From positions 434,001-498,000 of the forward strand of contig NOWV01000027.1 of assembly GCA_003344405.1 (NCBI GenBank): DNA of 64,000 nt, in the 5' to 3' direction. Below the pieces are notes generated by a model. The model saw only the letters and a program-made list of their open reading frames with translations. It made no database searches and was not told the origin of the DNA. Source of the stretch: Trichoplax sp. H2 (taxonomy: Eukaryota). The position numbers were made by a program, and so were the translations under genes. Below are positions 25,701 to 38,700 of the stretch, one piece after another. How positions within the stretch are numbered: the stretch's first letter is position 1; each line of letters starts with the position of its first letter.

Positions 25701-28700
25701 CCAGTTGCCGAGCAGTCTAAGCTAAATGAATCCGTTTCGTCAACAGTAATACTTTCGGGTCTTACCACAAACATCGGAGGTACTAAGAAATATTTACCAA
25801 TAAAGAGCTTGATAAATTTGTATTTGTTATGAAATCATCTGAAGAAACAAGATATAAGTATAATTAATCTTACCTATAACAATTAAATTGTAGGAATGAC
25901 TCCTCTCTCCAGCAGTATTTAGTGCCTTGCATGTGTAAGTACGATTATCGGATATGACTACTTCTGTAATAAAGAGCTTATTTCCATTGACGATATAATG
26001 ATCATCATTACTATCTATAAGACCACTAGATGTATGCCAGTTAGCAATAGCAATAGGGCGAGCATCAGGTAATTTACAAATTAACTCCGCGCGGTGACCA
26101 ATCTTACTAAATAAAGACGTTTGTTGATCATGAAAGTATCCAATGTCTGTTGTAACGTGAAGACACCCGGTTATATAAATTAGTACAGGCAATGAAAGAT
26201 ATGATTAAGTAATCGTACAGTATTCATAATTTTTACTTATCTATTACTCACATGGAAATTTTAGTTGTGCAGTGAGAGAAGTTTGATTTATAAAGTTGCT
26301 GCATTCGCAAGAATAATTTCCTTCATGTTTTTCGCTTACTGATGGTATATAAAGCGAATGATTCTGTAATACTTCGTAATCAGAATTGCTATGTAATATT
26401 TGACCAGCTACGTTTAAAACGGTCCATGTAGTTGCTTTCGAATTTCCGCAATCGCAATTAAATAGGGCAGATTCTCCAAGTTTTGCTAAGACATCCACAG
26501 GTGGAATTATAAACATTGGAAATGCAATTTCTTTGAAAGAGAGTAGAAATAATATTATCAAAATTCTTAACGTTATCAAAAACATGTAAAAGTATCAGGG
26601 GCTTAACAGCTACAGCATTGTAAGTATAAAACTTGTATAAAATAAAATTAATAACTTTCATGTACCATACCTGCAACTTGGACCGTAGTATTACTTCTGA
26701 CAGTTCCGGCGATGTTTGACACTAAGCACTCATAAACTACATTATTATTACGGTAAGATACTTTATCAATAGTGTAGGTGTTTGTAGTGCTTCTTAGTAA
26801 CCCATCACCATATATCTTAAACGTAGGTTTTGGTAATGCAATTGGCATTTCGCATGTAATGATCGCCTTTGTTCCCCAAGCAATATTGAGGATTCGACTT
26901 TTGCGAATAGGTCGAATATCTGTAATAACACATAAGATAATTTTAAACTATAAAAGAATAACCCAAAATTTTGATATTTAAAAATTTGAAAAATCGGTGT
27001 AATGAAACTGGATATTTAAAAGCCATTATTAAAAAATTCAATTTTACACATACAAGCTATTCGCAAGGTAGCTTTTGCGACGGCCGTGCCAACAGCATTT
27101 TGTCCAATGCATGTATACTCTCCTTCATCAGCGCTATCAAAGTTACTTATTCTTAACGAATTATTGCTAAATATCTCAGTCTTGTTATTGCGATCGATTC
27201 TTGTATTATTAAAGTACCATAAGACTGTAAATTCGTTGGCTTTAAATACACAGTCTAAAATCCCAATCTTCCCTTTAGCTATGACAGCATTTTCAGGTCG
27301 TCGAAAAATAACTGGTCTTCCTACAATGGAAAAAGCAACAGAAATTATAAGCAAGGGCTAAGTTCAAATATAATCAATTAAATTTGATTAAATAACTATT
27401 TAAGTATACAGCTTAAAAAAGACCATACCTGTAACTACTAAGTTGAACGAATTACTATTTTTTCTACCGTAGCTATTCGAAACTTGACAGTAGTATTCTC
27501 CACTATCGGCCACCAGCAATTGGTTAATAATAATCTTATTTTCAGCTAGAACAATTCTACCATCAGCCGTAATGGTTCTGTTATTTCGCAACCAACTATA
27601 TCTTACTCTGGAGGCTCCGGGAGTGTTACAATCCATTTCGATTTTATCTCCTTGTCTATAATTACTAATTTCGGCCTCAATGAATACATTTTCTATGTCT
27701 AATTTATGGAAAAAATATCCATCACTATATATCCACAAGTAAATCACGCTTCATAACTATCAATCTAAAACAGTTCGCTTTATAGCCGTTTAATTATTAA
27801 CCGTAGTACATACAGTGCACAGTTAAAGCAGCAATCTTGCTTTGAATACGTTCGTTTTGGTCGTTAATCGCAACACAATAAAAGTTGCCATTGTCTGCAG
27901 GTCTGTCAGCCAGTGAAAAGTGTAACGTACCATTAGGTAAGACACTTCTTCTTCTAGTAGAGCTAATAGCACCACTATCTTCTTGCACCCAGATGTAATA
28001 TATTCCAGTACTGCCAATTGCACGACAATCTAACTGTGTCGGTCTTCCTTGTACTGCGGTTGTGTCTTGCGGTTGAATTTCGAAGCGAAAATCCTGGCCT
28101 ATTGTATACAAGTATATACGTATCCAGTTAAATAATTACAATTAATCGACTATATGTGTAAAAGGTAGAAATAAGCAGAAAAATATACGTATCCAGTTAA
28201 ATAATTACAATTGATCGACTATACGTGTAAAAGGTAGAAATAAGCAGAAAAGTACGTAATAATATTTTAAAAGTAGTTTAAGGTAAGTATGGACATTTAT
28301 GTTTATCACCGAGTCGGAAGATCAGATATTAGCATACATAAAAGCGCAAGTTGAGGTACAGTAAAAATTGAACTATTTTTGAAATCTGAAGATAAAGTTG
28401 CCACATAAGCATATTTGTATGAGCGTTCTAGGCAATGGAGATAAAATATGTGATTTCGTTTTGATGGATACGCGTATACAGTTATTAAAATGATGATTGT
28501 CTATTGTCACCTCATGATCTTATACACATATCAAGAAAATAGATAGCGGATCGACTAAAAGAACGATGAAGCATGCAGTAAAACTTGAATGCTAATAATT
28601 GCATCGTGTAGAACCGAGGACTATGCATTAGTTCAAAATGTTAATAGTTCACTGACACTATCTATCATAGTTCAACTCTAACCCGTTAATGTTTTAATCC

Positions 28701-31700
28701 GTTGCGTTTCTATGTAATTAATACAGTAATAACGCGCTGCTAATACTGTATGCTGGATGTAGCGAATCGAACAGTTGATGCGATAGCTTTACTCAACTCA
28801 AGTATAATCAATATTATTATCTACAGTTGATAATCCAATAAATCATCCTATCGTCAAACTATCGCAGGCGTATGACAGTGGTAAATTATCACGCTACTAT
28901 AAATTGTCAGGATCTTCGCATGTAGATCGTTAAGAGTAAGCAATTCATGTATCATTATAATAAATCGATCGTCATTCTTAGCTATCCCGTATACAGCTCA
29001 TATCTCTTATGGTGAATAATTAATTAACAGAATCTGTACAAGTCTGTTTGCATAATAGTGTATAATATGTCTTGTACTGTATAGTGCATTAATGAATGGT
29101 ATATTTAATAATATTAATATCAAGATTGTTATCATAATTTCACACGCTATTGTCAGTTTTCAAAAGGGACACGGAAACAACAATAATTATAATTTATTGA
29201 AGTCTTAATAACTGGCCTTGAGGATGTATTAAAGCATCAACCAGCATAACGCATAAGTGCGTTAACTTATAATAACATCCTTCAATTTTAAAAGCAACTT
29301 ATGTAATGTCGACTGCTGTGCTTTCAGTCAACGAAATTGTATTTCATATATACGAGTATGAACAGTATATGGGTGTCTCGTACATTAATTTTCTACTTTT
29401 TAACATTTGCTACCAATTGTTCACTTTTGGCTTGTTAATATCTATTGTACTAAGAGACAATGCATTAAATGTACTTACTGTTAGTTACGGATAATTTACG
29501 TTTCTTTTTTCTGCAAATACAGTAACATACAGTAGACAAAGTAACTTTCATACAAGACCGTTTATTGTATAACAGCGCTACGAATACTAAAGTATACTAC
29601 GCGTAAATGAAATATTAAAGAAAATTGAAGAAATGGCAACGAAACCTATATAAAATATAGAAAACGTGATAAACGGTGGAAGAATTTTGTTCACTTGTTT
29701 TACATACTATCGAGTCAATTCGTAATTATCGAATGCCTATAATAATTGCCAGTCAGTACGTTATGTTGGCAATTAGGCTCCATATTTTAAATTTTTGCGA
29801 AATCATGTTGAGTAAACTGTGGAAGCGATGCGTTGATTTTTCTAATCATGATAATACGGTACAGTGTATTGAATTATAATTACCTTTCGTGTACGCGCAT
29901 TAGTAGTAAATTAATAAATAACATCACTCAATCTCTTTTAGCCACGACTAGGAGAGTACAACTTTGATCATCGTGATAATTATATAAATAATAGATCAAG
30001 TCCGCTAGCGTGCGATACATTATGCAGGGCCCGACCCCCAATTATTATCGCTGTACAGTATTGTAATAATATTTTGAGAGATTTCTTATTACAATTACGC
30101 ACGAAAACGTCATCGTAAATACTAATTTACTATCAAATCATCACTAACTCGGACTACGATTACTTTTCAGTACTTAACAATTTTTTCATTACCACCCATG
30201 CTACAGCAGATCGTGACGTCAAAGGGCACCTTCCTACTGGCAATGCGGTATGTGCGGTTACTCTATCCTTTAATGGTACAATTTAGAATGATCATTCTTA
30301 TTTTATCATGAAGAGAACGATCCTTGCTGTGGTGGATAATTACAGTACTGTATACCTGCATGTTAACACTAGCTAATCGTGCTCCGGTAGTACTAAAATA
30401 TTTGAAATTAAAATTATAATAGTTTACGGAACACTGCGTAAATAAGTTGTAAATAACGTCAATACGTCAATACGTCAACAACATGTACAGTACTGTACAC
30501 GTCAATACTGTAAGTATACTGTACTTGCAAAGTTTAAGATGCGATAATAAGCAAATCGTTTACTGTAGTTTGTTCAATTTCGAGCTATATTAGTAATGCA
30601 ACATCCAATCAGTAAATTCGATTGAGGAGTAATTACAGTAGGATGTCTTTATCTTTTATCTAGTTGTTAATAGTTAGGCTTACTTTGTCTACTCTGATGA
30701 ATAAATAGCACGTACTAAGTAAAAGCTTCCAGCGATTAGGACCCTTGTGCGAATTGTTTCAGTATTACTACCCAGTAATATCGTTTACATTGTGAGAACG
30801 TTGCAAACGGATTGAGATAATAACTTTAATGGTAACATTTTCATTCGTTGGGTACCATGATCTTCCTACAGCAATACTTGGTAATACTGTACTAGGAGCG
30901 ACGGTATTGTTAGGATCGTACTCAACGCAGGGAATGATGCTTGCGGAAAAATAGAACAAAGTGATGTATAAGTTTATCATCATGATCATCGGATGAATCA
31001 TCACTCGTAACTGAGTCATCAAATGATAATGTCTATAGTATACAGTAATTACTGTATATATATATTTCCCTCTACATCTAGAAATTCATTGACTACAGTA
31101 TTGGGTAGCTAATTGCTACAGTAAAGCCATTAGATCGAGCAATTTACTACTAGTGAGTGGCAAGAAATAAATCAGTCGAGCCTCTGCAGGATCAGTGTTT
31201 AGAATTGGCAAGATTTTATCACTTGCTAGGTTATTTTCGAAGGCAAGATTAGGTTTTAATATGCTCGTACGAAGTTTTCATACTATTTATCTAGGGTTCG
31301 ACCAGCAATCATTTGATGTTAGAATAACCAGATTCGTCCATCCAGACACGATTGTAACTTGTAATAAAGACAAATCAAATCTAAAAATCATCATTTATCG
31401 ATATGATGATAATTTTTGTAGATTTTGTCGTAATCCGATAGAGGCCGTGAGGCGTCAATCATACTGTATAAATAATAATTATATCCATCGCCTACAAGAA
31501 CGGTTAATCGGTTAAGATACCATCGACGGCAATATCGGCTGTAGCCGTGGTCATTGTGCAGCACATAATGCAAGTGTATCTATTACTATTTTATTTTATT
31601 TTTTAGTCCATTTCCAATCACTACCGTATTAAAAGAAATGAATTTCATATAGCGACGTCAACGAAATTTCCTATTGAAACCCCTTGATGAAGAAATGGCA

Positions 31701-32253
31701 ACATTTAATTTTTCAATTTTGAAGGATCCCAGCTAACCTGGGAAAATCAAAGTGCACGCATTTCTTGCACTGAAAGAGCTTTGCACGACTATCTCTTTTC
31801 TGACAACACTGTACCTACTGCAGGGCACAATCATCTACAATTAATATAAAGTTTGTTCAACACGGTGTCACTGATAGTAACGGGCTGTGTGGAAGTATTA
31901 GGCTATAGGGTGGCTTGGGCAAATTAGTATATGTATGCATGTTCGTTACCCAAGTAATAATAAAGCTAAAGTCTAATCGAATTGATCCGCTAAAGACATT
32001 CAAACAGACTAAGTTGCTAGTTTTGAGATGATTGTAATGAAAAGAGAAAAATTTCCGGTTAAAAACAGGAAGTCTACATCGGAGTAGTTACGAGAATAAA
32101 GCACAGAACAAAGTAAAAGAACTCAAATTATCGGGTAGAATATGTCCATAAAAAAAATCAGCTCATCTTTTCCTTACCTGAAACACCTAGCATGAATAAA
32201 GTAATAACCATGAAAACTTTGCTCTTGAAATTTCCTCTCCAATTTTTAGGCAT
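22763..32253 (-). CDS. PTK7: PTK7/CCK4/Off-track-like receptor tyrosine pseudokinase: signal peptide, nine Ig domains, TM helix, degenerate kinase domain
   Basis: First exon 32253-32178 (MPKNWRGNFKSKVFMVITLFMLGVSG, phase-1 GTAAG donor) splices in frame to the Ig1 exon at ~28098. Nine Ig exons lie between ~28100 and ~24590. TM IIIAAVCAVGYILIMIIGYFYC; kinase GHSKFGPVY, VAIK, FIHSDIAARNC, KITNLSLSKDTYRNEYY, IPLRWMAPEA, DVWSFGVLMWEVF. The LSKD-Y--EYY segment and the missing DFG are PTK7-family hallmarks. Confidence 0.88.
28114..28251. repeat. Tandem duplication of a 69-bp unit at the 3' end of PTK7 intron 1
   Basis: ATATACGTATCCAGTTAAATAATTACAATT(A/G)ATCGACTATA(T/C)GTGTAAAAGGTAGAAATAAGCAGAAAA at 28114 and 28183; two substitutions between copies. 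Confidence 0.95.
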
Positions 32254-32815
32254 CTTGACTTTGCTTTGGCTGCTTGTAATGACGTCCAAATTTTAATTTC
32301 TTTGAAACTTTTAAAGTAGCGAAAAAATACCGGCACCAAAAGTAAAACTAGCGTAAAGTAATCGACTACTTCAAGCAAATGTATGACTAAGTAGTAATGA
32401 ATGAAGAAGGCAATCAAACTACAGTCTTGAGAAAGGAATGAACAATTTAAAGTAAGTATCTATCGTCAAGACAAATGGTTTGAAAGATTTCACTGCTGTA
32501 GCTGCTTCTACGTACAGTACACAGTACAGTCGTGCTTCTCGTTGGGTAATCAAAGCTGCAGTTGGGGTAAGCACAGGCAGACTTGGCAAACAAATAAAAG
32601 GCTATCACAGTATCGATGAGCTAATGAAAACTACACAAACGAGCTAAGGTGAATTTCAGCTACAAGAAAAGACTAAAAGCACTCATAATATTCCGGCCGC
32701 CACCATTTCTTCAAAGAAGGAACAAATTGCTCCTTTCCCAAGAACTTTTTTCCCAACAGTGCGCTAAAGAAATTGAATCAATCAATTAAAAAAAAATTTC
32801 TTAATGACTGCATGC

Positions 32816-33500
32816 TACAGTACTATGTTGAGGATTGTACTGTAGCCTGTGTAAATGAAGTGTCGTATAGTACAGTACAGTACGTACAGTAGTCCAGTAC
32901 GTCTTGTACAGTATCTAGTTTTCCAAGCTAGGCTATAAGCACAGTCGGTTTCTCTACTAAAGTGGATTGCAGGATGGGGTAAAGTCCCAGAATAGCTGGC
33001 TATCTGCAGTTTACTGCTCATTGGTGCTTTTTATGAACACAGTCGGTTTCTCTACTAGAGTGGATTGCATAATAGGGTAAAGGGACAGAAGAATAGGTGG
33101 CTATCTATCGTTGACTGGACACTGTACTGTACAGTACAACTCGTTAGTGCTTTCTTGGCCACGGGGTACTGTACAGTGTACAGGTGACAGCTCATTTTGC
33201 ACACACTACAGTACATGTACTGTATTACCTTTCCAAGTATAGCTACTGTACTGTAGTCGGGGACTACCAAACAGAAAAGGGGGGACTCTTTATATAGTAC
33301 AGCACCAGCACTACACTGTAGTACAGTACAGTACTGTACCAACAGTGGAACATTTTTGGAGAGAGTACAGTACTAGTGTACCGCGAGTTGCGTCATGTTC
33401 AGTAGACTGTGCAAATGCATGACAGCATACGGTACTGTAACCTGTAAAAAAAAAGAAAATGACTTACAGTACTGTACTGTACTGTACAGTGTACAGTACG
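32816..33500. repeat. Extended TACAG/CTGTA cluster upstream of the PTK7 start codon
   Basis: e.g. AGTACAGTACAGTACGTACAGTA (~32870), ACTGTACTGTACAGTACA (~33121), ACAGTACTGTACTGTACTGTACAGTGTACAGTAC (~33466). Confidence 0.8.
32940..33106. repeat. Diverged direct repeat, two ~66-bp copies ~99 bp apart
   Basis: CACAGTCGGTTTCTCTACTA(A/G)AGTGGATTGCA...GGGTAAAG...GAATAG(C/G)TGGCTATCT at ~32940 and ~33039. Confidence 0.85.
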
Positions 33501-33516
33501 GTATAAAGGATTCATT

Positions 33517-33552
33517 ATTAATTATAATTATAATTATAATTATAATAATTAT
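33517..33552. repeat. (ATTATA)n microsatellite
   Basis: ATTAATTATAATTATAATTATAATTATAATAATTATT; it explains the poly-Ile stretch in the spurious ORF 33395-33670. Confidence 0.85.
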
Positions 33553-33804
33553 TTATATAAGTACAGTAAGAATAAATAACGGGACAGGTCCAGACCTAAT
33601 CCTGACCAACAAAACTGAAATCATTTTTGTAATTTTACTAATAGGACAGTCCATCGTAGCATTTGACTAGATGTAAAATAGTCCAATATTCGTAATGCAT
33701 GCAAAATGGAGTCATGGCGCCGTGATCATCAATGCGTTAATGCTGTGAGCCTGTGTTGCTGATTACTGTAGTAAGCTGTGAACTGAGCTCTGGTACTGAC
33801 GACA

Positions 33805-33973
33805 GTACTATAAACTGACAATACACAAGATTCCCCTAGAACTTTTGTTAACCTAAATACTGACAGGAACTACTAAAAAGGAAGAGATGTACTATATACT
33901 GACAATACACAAGATTCCCCTAGAACTTTTGTTAGCCCAAATACTGGCAGGAACTACTAAAAAGGAAGAGATG
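33805..33973. repeat. Tandem duplication of an 84-bp unit
   Basis: GTACTATA(A/T)ACTGACAATACACAAGATTCCCCTAGAACTTTTGTTA...AGGAACTACTAAAAAGGAAGAGAT at 33805 and 33889. Confidence 0.95.
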
Positions 33974-35719
33974 GGACAGGAAACAGCTTCACTGTCAAAT
34001 AGTGTGCATGCTTCTTATTTGATCGATGAAACGGTATTCGTACAATACGGCTTAAAACCAACTTAAAGTGCAGGCTAATAGCAACTCATTTGGATGTCAA
34101 TCGCAGACAGTATCTAGTGTATCATTAATTAAGACATGCGCCCCATTGACAATCCGCATCGTCCAAACTAATGAAGCAGAAAAGCGAAATTCTATAGAAA
34201 CTTACGTATTTGCGCCGTCTATCCCGATATGATCCCCTTTCCCGTCTCTTTCTTTCTCTTTTAGTTGTCCTTGATATCCCTGATAGTGTAAACAGTTTTC
34301 AAAGTTCAAAGGTCGTCGTCGATAAGCGTGATACAAGCAAGGATGACGCTTGTTACAGTAGAAATTCCTGATACAGTATGGACTGTACTGTAGTACTGTA
34401 CTGTACTGTACTGTGGACGGCAACATTTTGATTTTGCACTAAAAGACAAAATTCATTTCCGGAGGTGGTGTTTTATCTATGTAGGGGCATCATTTTTTAG
34501 GGTTTTTATTGGAAATGGGGCAACGGCTAGAACTTAGAATCTCTTACTGTCAATCTACTTTATTTTTAATATAATATAATATATAGTAAGTGTACGTAAT
34601 CCTGAATCTGTTCAAACAGTATTTCAACAATGGTACAGTGCTGTACATCAGGTTGAACAATCAGTATAATCCGGTACAAATCGCTTCCCATTCTTCTGTA
34701 GTACTTACTGTACTACTTACCGGTGTCCTGCATTTGGCAAATTAAAGGCCTTTGCATCATCCATATTTTCAATCATAATGACCATGTTATACTTACAAAC
34801 TAGTCTAATCTGATTAGCGTCATCTTTTATTCAATTATTTAGTATCGCGCTAAATCTTGAAAATTAAATGATACACAGCAAGCTGATAACATCCAATCAG
34901 TCAAATCGCATACTTGGTATTTCAAAAAAAGGAATGGAAATGAGAACAGTACAATCATTAGATTATGATAATATTAATTGCAGATATAAAATAGGCCTAC
35001 GTACATTTGTACAGCATGCCAATCGTATCAAATGATTAAATTATACTGTTACTGCAACATATCAAACGACTTTCCTAAACTTTCCGACCAGAAAAGAATG
35101 ATTCGAATTTTTAAATTAAAATTTAAAGCAAGCAATGCAAAGTATCTAGTAGTCATGTTTGTACAGTACAAATGATGTTAGGCTAGCTGATCTCTTTGGG
35201 TAATTATATCCAACAAACTCGTATGCAATATCCAATGTAAACTGTTATGCAAAGAAAACCCAAGTTTAATAACTGCATATTATAAAGCGATTGGGTATTT
35301 GACGCAGCTCATATGTCGTAAGTAAGTCAGTGTTATTGTACATCTTTTATAGATCAAGGATCAAATTGCCAAGTATACAGATGATTAAAGCTCACCTCAT
35401 ATACAGTATATAAAAGGCTTTAATACAAAACTGCGCCTAAAAATATTTGGTTAGTAGCTAAATTACAGTGTTATTACGTCGTGATGGTTAGCGGGCCAAA
35501 GGTATTCCATCCGTAAATTAATGTAACATTTAAAATATCTTTCAAAAGAACAGCATTGATAATTCTAAACGGATCTCCAGACTACATATAACATAAATAA
35601 ACAGCTTAATTACAGTACAGTATCCTGACAAATATTGTATGAGTTGAGCAGAGCTAGAGAATAATATCCATACAATCACCCAAGATTAATGCAGCTTCCC
35701 AGGATAACAACCATAGTAA

Positions 35720-38700
35720 TCATCTCGTAACATCAGTTTTTAACATAGACGATCGGATAATTCTTTTCAAACGTTCGCGATAGAAACTCGTTACAAGGTA
35801 ATCCTGTAGCGATTAATAATGCGATACGCTAGAGAACCACTGGTTCAACTTAGGAAATTCGTGTAACATACACGTCAAAGATTAAGCTCTCTTGAGCTAT
35901 TTCATGATAAGCTACAACATTTATATTGTCAATTCTCTTCTTTTTGCCTTTCACTTTCTAAAATCTTATCCTATTTTTATTTGATCAACAATTATAATTA
36001 TGATTAATACGCTAATTTTTAATATTAAAATATACTTTACACCTTGATGACCATGATTAGCTTTGCTATCGGTAAAATTATAATGGTTTCACTTCTACAA
36101 AGACTTACCGGAGAGGATTTATCTACCATCAAGACATCCAACAGACTCACAAGGTGATTTATCACTGCATGAAAACAATATCTTTTAGATTATACAACTT
36201 AGACGTAATTGCATATATTTTACTAGATTAATTTCGATATGGTAAGTCATTAGATTAAATAGTGGAACATTCTTTTATCTGTCTATTATACAAGGACAAA
36301 GAATCGACTTACTATTTATATATTTATATGCATCCTTTAAGTTATCAATTATTCCACATAAATCCTAACAGATTCAAATGATCCAAGTATAAATTATATG
36401 ATATAGTAGGTAAAACTATACAGTTTAAACCTAAAAGATTCGAAAATAGCAAGAACTGCTTAGTAAAGGAAACCTTATTTGAAGTATTCCAGTCAGGTAA
36501 GCCTGCGTTTGGATCGAACTTATTATGGCTCTCAGGAAAATTGGAATCGCCATTAAGGCCGCAATCAGATGCTTTTTCACGTATCTTTTTGTATAAAATT
36601 CTGCCAAAAATTCGAAAGTAAGTTTTCCATGCCGAACTATACGTAATCTATTCTAAGAAGTATATAGCCCATAAATTGAAATTAGAATTTAAAACTCAAC
36701 TCTATATTGTCAGCTGCTACACCAGTTGATGAAGAAATGATTTCGGATAAATGACGCACAGAAGATACAGCTAAGCTATCTAAAAGCTGACCCAATTAAT
36801 TATCCTTATAAGTAACTGAATTAATACTTAACCAAACGACAGTTAATCGTTTACTATTGACTTTATAAAATTGTATGATCACTTAGATCACTTAATCTAG
36901 TAAGAAGTTTAATAACCAAAACAAAAATTTATCGATGTTAAAAGAAAGATCATATAATAAATATCTTTAAAATTACTCAATAGCTACCGCGGCAGTTTTA
37001 TTCCATTGCTTTCTACCAATTTGGGCTTGCATTTTATCTCTCTGATCGTCGGAATCACTATTAAGATTACCTTAAAAAACAAAAATTTACTGCAATACCG
37101 TACACAGAGTAGGTGCACAAATTACAGCTCCCCAATAGCAATCATTTATCTGAATTTACATGATACAGCATATATTATATCATAACCTTCTTTAGTATAT
37201 ATTTCGATAAACACAGTAACTTAAATATTGATAACTATAAATAATTATATAATTAAGGTCAAGAGATTAATCAATTGCAACAAGTTACCTGGCGATACCG
37301 CTGTACTAGTACGGTCCTTTTTGCTAATTAACTTTTCAGAATTGCATCGTTTGCGTAGCAGATTTTCGTTCTTAGTGGGCTTTTCTTTCGAATGATTACT
37401 AATTTTTCCATTTGTTGCAATGTGGGGATCAGAACTATTCTTATGATTACCGATACCTTCTTCACCGTTTATTCTTTTTTTATTAGGAGAAGTAGACGCT
37501 TTACCTGTAAAAAAAATTAAAATAGATTACAAACAGCAACTCTCTATTAACTTTTTATCAAATTTGAAAATAAGCACTGCACAGTAGTTATCTTATACGG
37601 CCAGATTCTAATATTATCGAGGAATCTGATTTAAGTACGTATTTTTTAAATAGCAATTTCATAGCACTAATTTACATTGATGTGATTAGAGGTAAATTTC
37701 AGTTATAGAGTTTCTTTACCTCCATGATCTTGATGCGCCTCATTACTATTCTGGGCTTCCGCCCCAAAGCTAAATATATCTGTGTCATCATCTGAGCCAT
37801 CTTCGTCAGTGTCGATCGACGACGAAGACTTTACCTGATTTATATTCGTCTCATTTCTACTCGTGTTCACGTCAGGAAATTTAAAGAAGGCACTTGTATC
37901 TTTCTTTTCTTGAACATTATTTGTCATCGATGGTGAATTCACTACAAAAGTTGCACTTTTCAATATCTTGGATTGTATTTTTTGTTTTTGAATCACCCCC
38001 GGTGATGGTTGAGGACCATTGATAGTAGGTACCGACAATGTTGTGGCCTCAACACTGCAGCGTTTAACTGAGGCAGCATTAGACTTGATATCTGCGAAAT
38101 CTTCTGCAGATGGAGTTCTTTCCAACAAATGTTTCTTATTCTTCAAGCTTTTCCTTAAAGTAACTAAATACACATATACAAGTAAAGATTGATTTATGTA
38201 TAACTAAGGTATCATAATTCATAATGCTTAGAAGATTACAATATTTATCTAGTACATTAGATAAAATAGAGCAGCGTTATAAAGTATTGAAGAAAAATGT
38301 CAGTGATGTTCTTCAATAGCCATACTCAAATTGTACCTTTACTATCTGAAGGTGAAGAAGTTAGTGGAGACTTTGTGAGCATAGGTTTTGAGTCCCGAGA
38401 AGTTATCCCCTACGTTTCATATTAGTTTATAAGCAAATAAACCGTTCTCACTTCCTTAATATTTTAACGTGTCATAATCATCACCCTTAATTTGTATACC
38501 TGAGATCGTTTTGTATTTCGTAAATTCACTTTATAATTCGAATCTACGCTCCCACAACGTGATTTTTTGCCTAGATCTTTTGCCGAAATACTACCAGGCG
38601 ATGTGCTACTACTAGTTAAAGCTTGCGAAGAGCTCCCACTCCTGTTACGCAGACGTAAGGGATTTTCCTTTCGCTCCAAATACGACAGATCAGCTTCATC

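Noticed and set aside
29884..29925. Alternative PTK7 first exon MLFINLLLMRVHE
   Set aside because: Its donor is phase 2 and does not match the Ig1 acceptor; the exon at 32253-32178 is phase-compatible and a better signal peptide.
29962..34311. TCF/LEF-like CTTTGWW sites near the PTK7 5' end
   Set aside because: At this AT content roughly one such 7-mer per kb is expected by chance, so the handful seen is not enriched.
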